Below, piece by piece: positions 1 to 10,219 of a stretch of 43,111 nucleotides of DNA. The notes under the pieces were generated by a model, which searched no databases, was not told the origin of the DNA, and worked only from the letters and a program-made list of their open reading frames with translations. Source of the DNA: Vicinamibacterales bacterium (GTDB taxonomy: Bacteria; Acidobacteriota; Vicinamibacteria; Vicinamibacterales; 2-12-FULL-66-21); NCBI GenBank assembly GCA_051986585.1, contig JBPYFA010000106.1, forward strand, positions 1-43,111. Reading direction: 5' to 3'. Position numbers and translations under genes: made by a program. Within the stretch, counting starts at the first letter, position 1; every line of letters begins with the position of its first letter.

Positions 1-2
1 AC

Positions 3-455
3 GTTCGGGAATCGATCCGGCTCGAACGGCCAATTGCCGAGGTGTATCGCTTCTGGCGGCAGTTCGAGAACCTGCCGCGCTTCATGAATTACCTCGAACA
101 GGTCACCGACCTCGGCAATCGACGGACGCGATGGGTCGCTCGTGGACCGGCTGGAACGCGGGTGACGTGGGACGCCGAAATCATCAACGAAATCGAAAAC
201 AAGGTCATCGGCTGGCAGTCGCTTCCCGGTGCCGACGTCGTCAATGCCGGGTCGGTCAATTTCGATACGGCTCGAAACGGTCGTAGTACACAGCTCACCG
301 TGCATCTGCAATATGCGCCGCCGGCCGGCCGTGCGGGATCGCTCGTCGCATCGACCTTCGGCCGCGAACCTTCACAAACCATCCGGGAAGATCTACGCCG
401 GCTCAAGCAATTGCTCGAGGCCGGTGAATTTCCACACGCGACGTCACGCGCATAA
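3..455 (+). CDS. SRPBCC/polyketide cyclase family protein (5' partial)
   Basis: Frame is open from the window edge (VRESIRLERP..VYRFWRQFENLPRFM..WDAEI..IGWQS..LQYAPPAG..EDLRRLKQLLEAGE), typical of stress-associated SRPBCC proteins. Confidence 0.85.
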   Translation, partial: VRESIRLERPIAEVYRFWRQFENLPRFMNYLEQVTDLGNRRTRWVARGPAGTRVTWDAEIINEIENKVIGWQSLPGADVVNAGSVNFDTARNGRSTQLTVHLQYAPPAGRAGSLVASTFGREPSQTIREDLRRLKQLLEAGEFPHATSRA

Positions 456-467
456 GGGGAACTGCTA

Positions 468-1649
468 ATGAAGGCCGTTTGCTATCACGGAAAAGAAGAT
501 GTTCGTGTCGAAACCGTTCCCGACCCGCAGATCCTCAATCCACGTGACGCCATCGTCAAGATCACCGCGACCGCGATTTGTGGATCCGATTTGCACATTT
601 ACGACGGTTACATCCCGACGATGGAGCGTGGCGACATTCTCGGCCACGAGTTCATGGGCGAGGTCGTCGAAGTCGGTAGCGGCAACCACCGGCTTCGAGT
701 CGGCGATCGCGTCGTTGTGCCGTTCACTATTGCGTGCGGCAACTGCTACTTCTGCAAAGAACAGCTGTGGTCGCTCTGCGACAACTCGAATCCGAACGCG
801 TGGATGCTCGAGAAGATTACCGGCTTCTCGGGCTCGGCCCTCTTCGGCTACTCGCACATGTACGGCGGCTACCCGGGCGGTCAGGCTGAGTACGCGCGTG
901 TACCGTTTGCCGACGTGGGACCACTGAAAGTGCCGTCATCGCTCAGCGATGAACAAGTCCTGTTCTTGTCCGACATTCTGCCGACTGGATACATGGCGGC
1001 AGAGAACTGCCAAATCAGGCTCGGGGATACGGTCGCGGTGTGGGGATGCGGTCCGGTGGGCCAGTTCGCGATTCAGAGTGCGTTCTTGCTCGGCGCCGAA
1101 CGCGTCATCGCCATCGATCGATTCCCGGAGCGCCTGACGCTTGCCGCAACCCACAGCAAGGCGGAGGTGCTCAACTACACAGAAGTGGATATTCCCGAAA
1201 CACTGCGCGCCATGACGGGTGGAGAAGGGCCGGATGCCTGTATCGACGCCGTGGGCCTCGAAGCGCACGGCACCACACTCGACGCGTGGTACGACCGGGC
1301 GAAAACCTCGCTGTACATGGCCACCGATCGACCGCACGCGCTCAGGCAGGCGATCTCGTGCTGCCGAAAAGGAGGCACCGTGTCGATTCCGGGCGTCTAT
1401 GGTGGGTTGCTCGACAAATTCCCGCTGGGCGCTGCATTTGCAAAAGGGCTCACCCTGAAGATGGGCCAGACCCACATGCACAAATATATGCCCGGGCTGC
1501 TCGATCGAATCGAACGCGGTGAAATCGATCCGTCATTCATCATCACGCATCGCGTCACACTCGACGATGCACCGACGATGTATCGCACGTTCCGCGACAA
1601 ACAGGACGACTGCATCAAGGTCGTCATGAGACCCGATGGCCGGGCGTAG
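468..1649 (+). CDS. Zinc-dependent alcohol dehydrogenase (glutathione-dependent formaldehyde dehydrogenase-like, MDR family)
   Basis: [22 protein letters not shown] structural Zn site, GCGPVG Rossmann motif. Confidence 0.92.
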   Translation: MKAVCYHGKEDVRVETVPDPQILNPRDAIVKITATAICGSDLHIYDGYIPTMERGDILGHEFMGEVVEVGSGNHRLRVGDRVVVPFTIACGNCYFCKEQLWSLCDNSNPNAWMLEKITGFSGSALFGYSHMYGGYPGGQAEYARVPFADVGPLKVPSSLSDEQVLFLSDILPTGYMAAENCQIRLGDTVAVWGCGPVGQFAIQSAFLLGAERVIAIDRFPERLTLAATHSKAEVLNYTEVDIPETLRAMTGGEGPDACIDAVGLEAHGTTLDAWYDRAKTSLYMATDRPHALRQAISCCRKGGTVSIPGVYGGLLDKFPLGAAFAKGLTLKMGQTHMHKYMPGLLDRIERGEIDPSFIITHRVTLDDAPTMYRTFRDKQDDCIKVVMRPDGRA

Positions 1650-1681
1650 ACAAAGGATATGGACTACACAGGAGGCAAAGC

Positions 1682-2275
1682 ATGGCTGATGCGGGAACCC
1701 TGCACGATGCATTTCTGGACGAACTACGCGACTGTTACGATGCCGAAAAGCAGTTGACCAAGGCACTGCCGAAGCTCGCCAAAGCCGCGGCGTCACCCGA
1801 CCTGCGGGCGGCGTTTGAGACACATCTCGAGGAAACCCGCGGGCACGTCGATCGGCTCGAACAGGTATTTGAGAGCCTCGACGAGAAAGCTCGCGGCAAG
1901 CATTGCGATGGAATCGCCGGCATCATCGAGGAAGGCAAATCGATGATGGAGGAGGAATTCGACGACGCAACCATGGACGCCTGCTTGATCGCTGCCGGGC
2001 AGCGCGCCGAACACTACGAGATGGCGGCTTATGGCACCCTCGTCGCCTGGGCGCAGAGCATGGGCCATTCAGAAGCGGCCGATCTGCTGCAGGAAATCCT
2101 CGACGAGGAAAAAGCCGCGGATAAGAAGCTCTCCACTCTTGCTGAAGGTGGGATCAACCAGGAGGCGGCGGATGCCGCACATCCGGAGGAAGAAGAAGGA
2201 GAAGAAGAGGAAACACCAGCACGGGGACGGAAGAACTCTTCAGCTGCCGCCGTTGCCACGCGCAGGCGGAGATAG
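1682..2275 (+). CDS. yciF: Ferritin-like DUF892 / YciF family protein
   Basis: ELRDCYDAEKQL, HLEETRGH, QRAEHYEMAAYG, EEKAADKKL; SD GGAGG upstream. Confidence 0.9.
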   Translation: MADAGTLHDAFLDELRDCYDAEKQLTKALPKLAKAAASPDLRAAFETHLEETRGHVDRLEQVFESLDEKARGKHCDGIAGIIEEGKSMMEEEFDDATMDACLIAAGQRAEHYEMAAYGTLVAWAQSMGHSEAADLLQEILDEEKAADKKLSTLAEGGINQEAADAAHPEEEEGEEEETPARGRKNSSAAAVATRRRR

Positions 2276-2296
2276 CGGATCAGAGTGAGAGAATGA

Positions 2297-2324
2297 GAAA
2301 CGGCCCGCAAACGCGGGCCGTTTC
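2297..2324. terminator. Intrinsic terminator-like hairpin, possibly bidirectional
   Basis: Perfect 12-bp stem GAAACGGCCCGC-AAAC-GCGGGCCGTTTC between convergent genes. Confidence 0.7.
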
Positions 2325-2400
2325 CATGTGATGCTCCATCGGAATCGATGAATTATGCGCGGCAGCAGTTGACGGTGACGAACGCCAGAGTTCGATACCG

Positions 2401-3969
2401 TCAGCGGTCGGCCGCGGCGCACACGAAATTCGAAGCGTCGTCGGTGCTGCCCGATCCTTTGTACTTTGCAACCAGAGGATACTGGCAAAGCGGGCGAGTC
2501 CGATCGGGTTTGCCTGCGGTTCGATGGGCCGCCACAATCTGCGATGGCGCGCCGCCGGTGCGGATCCAGTCCTCCATCGCCGCGACTTTATCGAAGGAAT
2601 CAGTCCCGACGCCCCCCTGGCAATGCCCCATCCCCGGCACGAGATACAGCGCCACTGATTTGCCCGCCGCGCTCTTTCCAGACGCATCGAGCACCGCATT
2701 GAAGTAATTGATGCTGTTGAGTGGTGCGACTTGCTGATCGGCCCATCCGTGGTACATCAGCAGCTTTCCACCTCGCGAAAAGTACGCCTTCAAATCCGGC
2801 GAGGGCGGTTCGAGGCCAACGGCCTGATGCTCGAGGCGTGCGATGTCAGTCGCTGGATTGAAGGAGGCCGGATCCCATTCCGGATTGTTGAAGACGATGT
2901 ACTTGAAGGCCTCGGCGGCAATGGCGTACGGCTGCGGACCAGCAAGGGTCGCCCACCCAAGCTCCGATCCGGGATGGAGCATGGGGAATGACAGTGTGGC
3001 GCCGCTTGTTGGATCCTTGACCGGCCCATACATCGCGCGTGCCGTTTCGACTTGGGCCGCCGTGAGGCAGGCCGGACCGTCGTCCCCCTGACAGCGAATG
3101 ACGTTCGGATCGAACGTGCATCGATCCGGCGCATCGATGATGCCGTCCTTGACGCCATCCAGTGCATCGCAAGCCTTCAAGGCCGCTTCGTGGATGGTCG
3201 GATACTTTTCCGGGGGGATATAGCTGTCGGCCGTGCGATGCACCATGCGATTGAACTGCAGCCGTACACCGTGAAGCTTGGGAGTCAATACCGGTGTGGC
3301 ACCGGCGATGATCGCCTCGTAGTCGGCAGGATATTTCGAGGCTTCGACGACACCCTGCCGCCCGCCGGTCGAGCAACCGTTCCACATCGACAAGGCGGGA
3401 CCACCGCCGTAGAACGCCGCGACCAGGACCTTGGCCTGCACCGTCATCTCGTGCACCGCACGATACGCATAATCGACGAGCTTCTCAGGGTGGTTCATCG
3501 CAAAGGACGCACCCGCAGTGGAATGCCCGGTGTCGGTGCTCGCCGTCGCGTAACCCTGGGTTAACGCCGCCGCCATCGCGGCATATGAAATGGTGCCCGC
3601 CCAGCCACCGTTACCGACCGACTGCAGCTTCTGGTTCCAGTTGGATACGGGCATCCAGACTTCGATCTTGATGTCCGAGTCGTTCGTCGGTGTCAGCGTC
3701 GCGGCCACGCGACAGAACGCCGGCAGTGACGCCGCATAGGCCGGCATCGGGTTAGCCGATCCGCGGCCATCGGGCGGCCTGAACGAGCCCCCAGCCACGA
3801 CCGCGGCCGAGTCGATGTGGGCGTTGGCGAGGCTCTTCGCGGCCAGCGACTCGCAGGTCGCCGCCGCCACGGCGTTCACATCCGGCTCTCGCTCGCCAGC
3901 GGCGTGGGATAACGCCGCATACAGACAAACAATCGCAACCGCAACCGTGAAGCGTACAGAGTTTGGCAT
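2401..3969 (-). CDS. Tannase/feruloyl esterase family alpha/beta hydrolase, secreted
   Basis: Signal peptide; GNGGWAG, GCSTGGRQG nucleophile, YHGWADQ, PGMGHC (CS-D-HC motif), RTRPLCQYP. Confidence 0.92.
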   Translation of the reverse strand: MPNSVRFTVAVAIVCLYAALSHAAGEREPDVNAVAAATCESLAAKSLANAHIDSAAVVAGGSFRPPDGRGSANPMPAYAASLPAFCRVAATLTPTNDSDIKIEVWMPVSNWNQKLQSVGNGGWAGTISYAAMAAALTQGYATASTDTGHSTAGASFAMNHPEKLVDYAYRAVHEMTVQAKVLVAAFYGGGPALSMWNGCSTGGRQGVVEASKYPADYEAIIAGATPVLTPKLHGVRLQFNRMVHRTADSYIPPEKYPTIHEAALKACDALDGVKDGIIDAPDRCTFDPNVIRCQGDDGPACLTAAQVETARAMYGPVKDPTSGATLSFPMLHPGSELGWATLAGPQPYAIAAEAFKYIVFNNPEWDPASFNPATDIARLEHQAVGLEPPSPDLKAYFSRGGKLLMYHGWADQQVAPLNSINYFNAVLDASGKSAAGKSVALYLVPGMGHCQGGVGTDSFDKVAAMEDWIRTGGAPSQIVAAHRTAGKPDRTRPLCQYPLVAKYKGSGSTDDASNFVCAAADR

Positions 3970-4085
3970 CGTGCTCTCGCGTGTGTCAGGGCCGACTGCG
4001 CGCGAACTCTACCACACGAGAGCGAAGGGACAGTCGTGGTGATGGTTTCCGGCGATTGGCCGAACCGTGCGACGAGATGTCCGGC

Positions 4086-4355
4086 TCAGCGCTTCTTGCT
4101 CGATCCCTTTCGCGAGGACTTCCGGGATGTCGTGCGCGAGGACTTTCGTGACGATCCTTTGCGCGACGACTTGCGAGAGCTCTTTCGCGGCGGCACCTTG
4201 GCTCCCTTCTCCCGTGCCTCGCTCAAACCAATGGCAATCGCTTGCTTGCGGCTCTTGACGCTTCGGCCGGATCGTCCACTCTTCAGCGTGCCCTTCTTTC
4301 GGCGGCGCATCGCAGATTCGACCTTTTTCGAAGCATATTTTCCGTACTTCGGCAT
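4086..4355 (-). CDS. DUF6496-like small basic protein with RKSS-repeat tail
   Basis: KKGTLKSGRSG..VKSRKQAIAIGLSEAREKG; SD GGAGGTG at 4361-4367 supports the ATG at 4355. Confidence 0.85.
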   Translation of the reverse strand: MPKYGKYASKKVESAMRRRKKGTLKSGRSGRSVKSRKQAIAIGLSEAREKGAKVPPRKSSRKSSRKGSSRKSSRTTSRKSSRKGSSKKR

Positions 4356-4379
4356 TCTCACACCTCCGTTCGCGTGCCT

Positions 4380-4395
4380 TGCAAGGTGTGTGCTC
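4380..4395 (-). promoter_or_regulatory. Degenerate sigma-54-like -24/-12 motif
   Basis: GAGCACACACCTTGCA; matches consensus TGGCAC-N5-TTGCW except AG in place of the -24 GG. Confidence 0.35.
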
Positions 4396-4441
4396 TTGAG
4401 CGGCAGAGTCGGATCGGTGTGGCGCTCGAGGTTGCCCGACG

Positions 4442-4855
4442 CTAAAACAGAACGGCGATGTCGGCAATCACCTGCGTATGCTGGTTATAAATGACCGCAT
4501 GGCCATCGATCACGCCGCGGCTGTAGCCTGCAGGCAGTACCTGAAGCTGACGTTCGAGCGTTAGAGGAAACGGCTCCATCTTCTTCTGCCATCCCGGAGG
4601 CAGTTGACCGGTACGTCGATATTTCTTTTCCAGACCCGGTGGCAGATTGCGATAACGGGGCGCGTAGTACTCGCGGATGATGCGCACTTCGCGCGGCAGA
4701 AACTCGACGTGCACCGTCACGGTCGTCGCCGATGCGTCGACACGCTCGGCGCTCACCTCTTTCTTTCCTTTCGCATGATCGTTCTTCGAATCGTTCGCTG
4801 ACACGACGCTCGCGGCGAGCACTCCGGCGATTCCGAGATAGATCACCTTTTTCAT
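4442..4855 (-). CDS. Secreted hypothetical protein with tandem LPPG motifs
   Basis: MKKVIYLGIAGVLAASVVSA signal peptide; LPPGLEKK..LPPGWQKK. The ATG at 4855 lies downstream of the sigma-54-like motif, so it is preferred over the 4909 start. Confidence 0.75.
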   Translation of the reverse strand: MKKVIYLGIAGVLAASVVSANDSKNDHAKGKKEVSAERVDASATTVTVHVEFLPREVRIIREYYAPRYRNLPPGLEKKYRRTGQLPPGWQKKMEPFPLTLERQLQVLPAGYSRGVIDGHAVIYNQHTQVIADIAVLF

Positions 4856-4885
4856 GATGTCCGGCACCCCTTCCGAGAAATGATG

Positions 4886-4901
4886 CGCAAGGATCCTGCC
4901 T
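4886..4901 (-). promoter_or_regulatory. Sigma-54 -24/-12 promoter candidate
   Basis: AGGCAGGATCCTTGCG: GG-N10-GC with TTGC. Confidence 0.55.
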
Positions 4902-5096
4902 CGAGCCACGTCTGCCTAACCAGCACCCCCTCAATGACTTGAGACAACGCAGCCGGCCGAGTATCCCGCACGATGCACGAGAACGTCGTATCGGGAAACA
5001 GGATCGTAAGAGGGGGGCGGGCCGGTCAGACCAGGTAATCGGGTCAGCCCAGAGGCAGGCCAGCGTCAGAGATGTCGCCGATAAGGCCGCGAGAGG

Positions 5097-6350
5097 TCAA
5101 GAAACTGGAATAAGTGCTTCCAGCTGGGCACACGTTTCGGACAGCGCGTCCTGCTGGCGCATCCGGTCGGCCCAGTGCCGGCATCGGTCTGCGATCCGCG
5201 GATCATCAATGAGCGCGTGCAGTTCCGCGGCCACGCGCTCGCTTCGAAAGCCTCGCGGACGCACCCAGCGCGCGACGCCGAGGCGCCACATGCGCGTGGT
5301 GTTGTCCGGCTGATCGAATGCCAGCGGCATCGTGAGCTGCGGAACACCGGCGGCAAGCGCCTGCGCGCAGGTACCAATACCGCCGTGATGGACGACCGCC
5401 GCACATCGTGGAAACACGCGCGAGAAGGGCAGGTACGGTTCATAGCGCACATCGTCACCCAGGTGCGGGGGCAGTTGTTCCGGGTACTTCGTCAGGAAGA
5501 GCGCGCGACGTCTCAGCTGGCGCGTGGCCTTCAGCGCGGCCGCAAAGAACGATGCCGCGGCCCGATTCGCCGATCCCGGGGTGAAGAGAATCGGGGGAGA
5601 GCCGGCATCCAGAAATGATTGCAGCCCCGGATCGATCGCGTGCACGTCCGCTTCGTCATAGAGCGGAAACCCGGTCAGGCGCAGCTGCGCCGGCCAGTCG
5701 GCTGGAACGGTTGCGAACCACTCGGGAAACAAACCGATGACGCGTTGCGGCGAATGCAGCCAGCTCTTGAAGACACGCGAGACCGGCGGAAGGCCGAGCT
5801 CACGTCGCAACTGATTCAAGGGCGGGACGATTGGCGGGTCGAGGAGGAGACGATCCAGCAGCAGGTAGAGCGATCGTTTCAGCCACCGCGGCAGGGCGGA
5901 AAGGTCGACACCGGGAATCGATGCTGGTGGTTCGATTTCCGATCGGAAGATCGACGGTGCGAGATGTACCGTGGCCGCGGGCGCGCAATGCGCGTCTTCG
6001 AACACCCGCGCGGCAAACGCGAGTGCGTGCCCCACGAGGACCGTGCGTCCCGGTTCGTATGCTGAAGCAATCAGGTCGTAGTGTGCCCGCAGCGCCGAGG
6101 CAATCGTGCGCAGCACCAACGTCAGGCCCTTGCGCTCGTGCCACAGATCCGGGTGCTTCGTCGTCTCCTCGAATTCCTCCTGCGAGTGAATCTGAATGAA
6201 TCGCAAACCAGCGCCTTCGCTGATCGTTTGAAATGGTTCAGCGGTCAGGATGGTGACGTCGTGGCCGCGCGAGCGCAGCGCACGGCCGATGCCGATGAAC
6301 GGATGCACGTCGCCGCTCGACCCGACCGGTGCGAGAAGAAAATGGGCCAC
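5097..6350 (-). CDS. GT1-family glycosyltransferase (RhlB/MGT-like)
   Basis: GSSGDVHPFIGIG at the N-terminus; HHGGIGT..AGVPQL..FDQPDN nucleotide-sugar motif. Confidence 0.88.
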   Translation of the reverse strand: MAHFLLAPVGSSGDVHPFIGIGRALRSRGHDVTILTAEPFQTISEGAGLRFIQIHSQEEFEETTKHPDLWHERKGLTLVLRTIASALRAHYDLIASAYEPGRTVLVGHALAFAARVFEDAHCAPAATVHLAPSIFRSEIEPPASIPGVDLSALPRWLKRSLYLLLDRLLLDPPIVPPLNQLRRELGLPPVSRVFKSWLHSPQRVIGLFPEWFATVPADWPAQLRLTGFPLYDEADVHAIDPGLQSFLDAGSPPILFTPGSANRAAASFFAAALKATRQLRRRALFLTKYPEQLPPHLGDDVRYEPYLPFSRVFPRCAAVVHHGGIGTCAQALAAGVPQLTMPLAFDQPDNTTRMWRLGVARWVRPRGFRSERVAAELHALIDDPRIADRCRHWADRMRQQDALSETCAQLEALIPVS

Positions 6351-6356
6351 GAACGA

Positions 6357-7262
6357 TCAGGGCGTCAGCGGTGTGACAGAGCCTCGCGAGGGATTTCGAC
6401 GCTGATCCGTCACGGCGCGATCGAATCGGGCCGCCAGTTCGGGAAAGCTCGCCGTTGGCCCGCTCCATCGCAGCGCTTCCACATCGTCGAACAAGGCGAT
6501 ATCGGTCCGCAACGTGGCCAGTGTGCGAAAGAGCAAGGCCCGTTCGCGCTCCTCCTGCAGGGTGCGCGCGAGCGACGCCGCGCTCGCCGCATTGACGTGC
6601 CACTCGCGCGAATCGGGAGGAATGGATTCGAGATGGAGAAACTTCGCGAGGACGGCGGCGGACGATTTCGCCCCCCAGCCCTTGAGCCCGGGGTACCCAT
6701 CTGCGGCATCGCCGACCAGCGCCAGGTAATCGGGAATCGATTCCGGGCGTACACCGAACTTCGCGATCACGCCGGCCTCGTCACGGATGGCGCGCGTGCG
6801 CCGATTCATCTGGACGATCCGGTCGCCGCGCACCGACTGCGCCAGGTCCTTGTCCGGTGTACAAACGACGACTCGAGTGACCCGCTCGTCGCGTGCCGCC
6901 GCTAGAGCGGCAGCCGCCAGCGCATCGTCTGCTTCGAATTCGACCATCGGCCAGACCACGATCCCGGCTGACGTGAGCGACGACTCGAGCAACGGAAATT
7001 GCGAAAGGAGATCCGGATCGATTCCGGCTCCGGTCTTGTAGCCCGGCCAGAGGTCGTTGCGAAACGATTCGATGACGTGATCAGTCGCGACCGCAACATG
7101 CGTCGCGCCGGCGCTGATCATCGCGAGGATCGAGCCGACAACGCCGCGCACGGCGGCGATTTCGCGTCCGTCGTCGTCACGCGCCGAAGGAAGCGCGTAG
7201 TAGTGGCGAAACAGCTCGTAGGTACCGTCGATTAGATAGACTTCCAGATGAGGCTCCAGCAC
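6357..7262 (-). CDS. 5'-3' exonuclease / flap endonuclease (stand-alone PolI N-terminal-like)
   Basis: LIDG, YKTG, EADDAL, DKDLAQ, ALVGDAADGYPGLKGWGAKS (H3TH). Start uncertain. Confidence 0.9.
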   Translation of the reverse strand: MLEPHLEVYLIDGTYELFRHYYALPSARDDDGREIAAVRGVVGSILAMISAGATHVAVATDHVIESFRNDLWPGYKTGAGIDPDLLSQFPLLESSLTSAGIVVWPMVEFEADDALAAAALAAARDERVTRVVVCTPDKDLAQSVRGDRIVQMNRRTRAIRDEAGVIAKFGVRPESIPDYLALVGDAADGYPGLKGWGAKSSAAVLAKFLHLESIPPDSREWHVNAASAASLARTLQEERERALLFRTLATLRTDIALFDDVEALRWSGPTASFPELAARFDRAVTDQRRNPSRGSVTPLTP

Positions 7263-7396
7263 AACCCTATCGGACCAACAGGGTTTCGATCAAATTGCGC
7301 GAGCGGTCGGGCGCAGGGGCAATGTGCTGGGTATCCTCACTTGTCTGCGCATTGATCGTGATTCACGCGTTGCGATCGGAATGATTGAACCGGCGG

Positions 7397-7420
7397 AGCC
7401 GGGGTCGGGAGACCCCGGCT
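7397..7420. repeat. GC-rich palindrome (terminator or REP-like) overlapping the YciI stop codon
   Basis: AGCCGGGGTC-GGGA-GACCCCGGCT, perfect 10-bp stem. Confidence 0.55.
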
Positions 7421-7856
7421 ATCTGGCATTCTTCAGCTTCTCAGTCTGGGCCCGGAGCTTCGCTTCCTTCTCACGCAGCTCGGGTGTGAACTCCGCGCCG
7501 AAATCTTCCGCATCGAACACCTGCCGGATTTCAATTTCCGAGTCGACGTTCGGCATTGGATTCGGGCAGCGCTTCACCCATTCGATCGCCTCTTCTTTCG
7601 ACCTGACGCGCCACAGCCAGTAGCCGGCGATGAGCTCTTTCGTTTCGGGAAATGGTCCATCGATGACCGTCCGCTGGGCGCCTGAGAACTTCACGCGAGC
7701 CCCCTTCGAGCTCGGGTGGAGGCCTTCACCTTCGAGCATAATGCCCGCCTTGACCAGTTCTTCATTGAATCTGGTCATGTCGGCGAGCAGAGCCTGGTCT
7801 GGCATGATGCCCGCTTCGGATTCCTTGGTGGCCTTTACCAGAATCATGAATCGCAT
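7419..7856 (-). CDS. YciI/DGPF family protein
   Basis: MRFMILVKA..GEGLHPSSKG..IDGPFPETKELIAGYW..EIEIRQVF. Confidence 0.9.
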   Translation of the reverse strand: MRFMILVKATKESEAGIMPDQALLADMTRFNEELVKAGIMLEGEGLHPSSKGARVKFSGAQRTVIDGPFPETKELIAGYWLWRVRSKEEAIEWVKRCPNPMPNVDSEIEIRQVFDAEDFGAEFTPELREKEAKLRAQTEKLKNAR

Positions 7857-7931
7857 TGGTTTCTCTCCATTTGTTTACATCGCGCCTGGTTGCCCGGCGT
7901 GGTCTGTGCCCGATTCGCGCTCTACACGTTT

Positions 7932-7958
7932 GTCGATCGACCCGGGGCAAAATCGACA
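7932..7958 (-). promoter_or_regulatory. ECF42-type promoter candidate
   Basis: TGTCGA-N17-CGAC upstream of the DGPF gene; same motif as at 11530-11556. Confidence 0.6.
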
Positions 7959-7999
7959 TCGCTCACCACGGTGTCTAAGTCCTCGAAAGCGAAGCAGGC

Positions 8000-8824
8000 A
8001 TGGATAGGCGCATGTTCGGCCAATCAGGTCTCGTGGTGCCGGCGGTTGGAATGGGCACGTGGCGGACGTTCGACGTTCGAGGCGCGGCCGACGAGGCGCG
8101 ATCGCGGAGGATTGTCGAGCGTGCGCGCCAGCTCGGCGCGACATTGTTCGATTCGTCGCCGATGTACGGACGAGCCGAGCGCGTTCTCGGCGACAGCGTG
8201 CGCGCCATTCGCGCTGATGTGCTGATCGCGACGAAGATTTGGACGCACGGCACGCAGGAAGGATATCAGCAGGCAAAACACGCACTCGAGCTCTTCGGCG
8301 GGTGGATCGACCTGTATCAGATCCACAACCTGCTGAACTGGCGGGAGCACCTGGACACACTCGAACGGCTCCAACGCGAAGGCGCGGTCAAAGCGATCGG
8401 CGCTACACACTACAGCCGGTCGGCGTTCGGTGAGCTGGAGACGGTGATGAAGACAGGTCGGATCACCGCGATCCAGATTCCGTACAACCCGATCGAGCGA
8501 GCCGTCGAGGCGAAGATCCTGCCGCTCGCCGCCGACCTTCGCTTGGGCGTCGTGGTGATGCGCCCGTTTGGCGAGGGCTCTCTCCTGCGCCATCCGCCCC
8601 CACACGAGGCTCTGGCACCGCTGCGGCCATTCGGGGTCAGGACCTGGGCGCAGGCGCTGCTCAAGTGGATCCTTAGCGACCCTCGGTGTCACGTCGCGAT
8701 CCCGGCCACGTCGAGCGAGGCGCACATGGGGGAGAATGCAGAAGCCGCCGATCCGCCATGGTTCGGCCCGGATGAACGCGCGTTGGTCACAAGACTCGCC
8801 ACAAAAGCCGATTCGATCGTCTAA
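8000..8824 (+). CDS. Aldo/keto reductase
   Basis: GMGTW, FDSSPMYG, IATKI, DLYQIHN, IQIPYN. Confidence 0.9.
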   Translation: MDRRMFGQSGLVVPAVGMGTWRTFDVRGAADEARSRRIVERARQLGATLFDSSPMYGRAERVLGDSVRAIRADVLIATKIWTHGTQEGYQQAKHALELFGGWIDLYQIHNLLNWREHLDTLERLQREGAVKAIGATHYSRSAFGELETVMKTGRITAIQIPYNPIERAVEAKILPLAADLRLGVVVMRPFGEGSLLRHPPPHEALAPLRPFGVRTWAQALLKWILSDPRCHVAIPATSSEAHMGENAEAADPPWFGPDERALVTRLATKADSIV

Positions 8825-8864
8825 GCAGCTGGCAGAATTGGTCAATTGCTACGAGGTGCCGGAG

Positions 8865-10154
8865 ATGGATCGACGAACGTTCCTGACTATCGCACTCGCG
8901 TCCCCGGCGCTGCGGCAAGCTACGAAGGGGCGTCCGCAAGCCAAGCCTCAGGCTCCGCCACCGCAAACGACTTCGCCTGCTTCACCGGCGTGGACGCAGT
9001 GGGGCGGACCGCACCGGAATTTCCAGACGGAAGCCACCGGGCTGAAAGAGACCTGGCCCGCCTCCGGCCCCTCCGTGATTTGGCGGCGGCCACTTGGCGA
9101 CGGCTATTCATCGCCCGCAGTCGAGAACGGCGTGCTCTATACGATGTATGGACGGCCGCGCCAGGAGATCGTCATGGCCGCGAGTGCCGCCGATGGCAAG
9201 ACGCTGTGGGAATACGAGACGGCAATGACGTTCCAGAGTGACGCCCCGGAGATGGGGAACGGTCCGTACTCCACGCCGCTCATCGTCGGCGATCGATTGT
9301 TCACGACCGGCGTCGCGGGCCGCATGCAGTGTTTCGACAAGAAGACGGGGAAGCTGGTGTGGACGCAGCAGCTCTGGACCGATCACCACGGGTCGCGAAT
9401 GATGTATGGATACGCCTCAAGCCCGATCGCGTTTCGCGACACGGTGATCGTGCCGGTCGGCGGCCCAGGCAAAGCGGTGATGGCCTTTCGGCAATCGGAT
9501 GGATCGGTGGCCTGGAGCCAGAACAACTTCGGCAATGTGTATTCATCTCCGATCCTGATCGATGTCGGCGGCCTCGAACAGCTTGCCCTCGTAATGGACG
9601 GATACGTGATCGGCGTCAATCCGCATAACGGCGATCTGCAGTGGCAGGTGCCGTTCAAAGCGGACTACTCGATTGCCGTCGCCACGCCGGTCTGGGGTCC
9701 AGACAACCTGCTGTTCGTCTCGTCGGAGTACAACGCCGGCAGCAAGGTGATCGAGTTGAAGCGGAACGGTCTGCAGACGATTGCGACCGAGTTGTGGAGT
9801 TCCAATCGGCTGCGCCTGCATCACGGCAATGCCATGCGCATTGGGGACGGCATCTACTTTTCGAGCGGTGGGAAAGGCAGTCAGGCCATCCTCAGCGCCG
9901 TCGATGCCCGTTCGGGAAAGATCTATTGGCAGGAGCGCAGTATCGAAAAGGCGACATTCGTGTGGGCGGATCAGAAGCTGATCACGCTGGACCAGGACGG
10001 CAATCTGATGATCGCGCATCCCTCGCCGCAGGGATTCAAGATCGTCGCCAAGGCCCCGCTCCTGACGCACCTGTCGTGGACGCCGCCGGTTCTCGTCGGC
10101 ACTCACCTGTATATTCGCGATCGCAAGTCGATGATGGCCGTAGATCTCGGGTGA
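8865..10154 (+). CDS. PQQ-like beta-propeller repeat protein with Tat signal
   Basis: MDRRTFL twin-arginine motif after GGAG; WTQWGGP, GYSSP, YASSP, YSSP, GxxxW blades, LYIRD C-terminus. Confidence 0.85.
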   Translation: MDRRTFLTIALASPALRQATKGRPQAKPQAPPPQTTSPASPAWTQWGGPHRNFQTEATGLKETWPASGPSVIWRRPLGDGYSSPAVENGVLYTMYGRPRQEIVMAASAADGKTLWEYETAMTFQSDAPEMGNGPYSTPLIVGDRLFTTGVAGRMQCFDKKTGKLVWTQQLWTDHHGSRMMYGYASSPIAFRDTVIVPVGGPGKAVMAFRQSDGSVAWSQNNFGNVYSSPILIDVGGLEQLALVMDGYVIGVNPHNGDLQWQVPFKADYSIAVATPVWGPDNLLFVSSEYNAGSKVIELKRNGLQTIATELWSSNRLRLHHGNAMRIGDGIYFSSGGKGSQAILSAVDARSGKIYWQERSIEKATFVWADQKLITLDQDGNLMIAHPSPQGFKIVAKAPLLTHLSWTPPVLVGTHLYIRDRKSMMAVDLG

Positions 10155-10219
10155 GATTCGCGGTCACCGCGTCCGCGACACACGAACCCCGTATACTAGT
10201 GCCACGCTGGGAGGGGTTC

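Noticed and set aside
4939-5096. ORF or ncRNA in the gap after the glycosyltransferase
   Set aside because: No convincing coding pattern, SD or strong secondary structure seen.
8568-8864. N-terminal extension of the PQQ-propeller ORF (similarly the 9641, 12758, 24730 and 29058 starts)
   Set aside because: They overlap neighbouring genes; downstream starts have an SD, signal peptide or promoter support.
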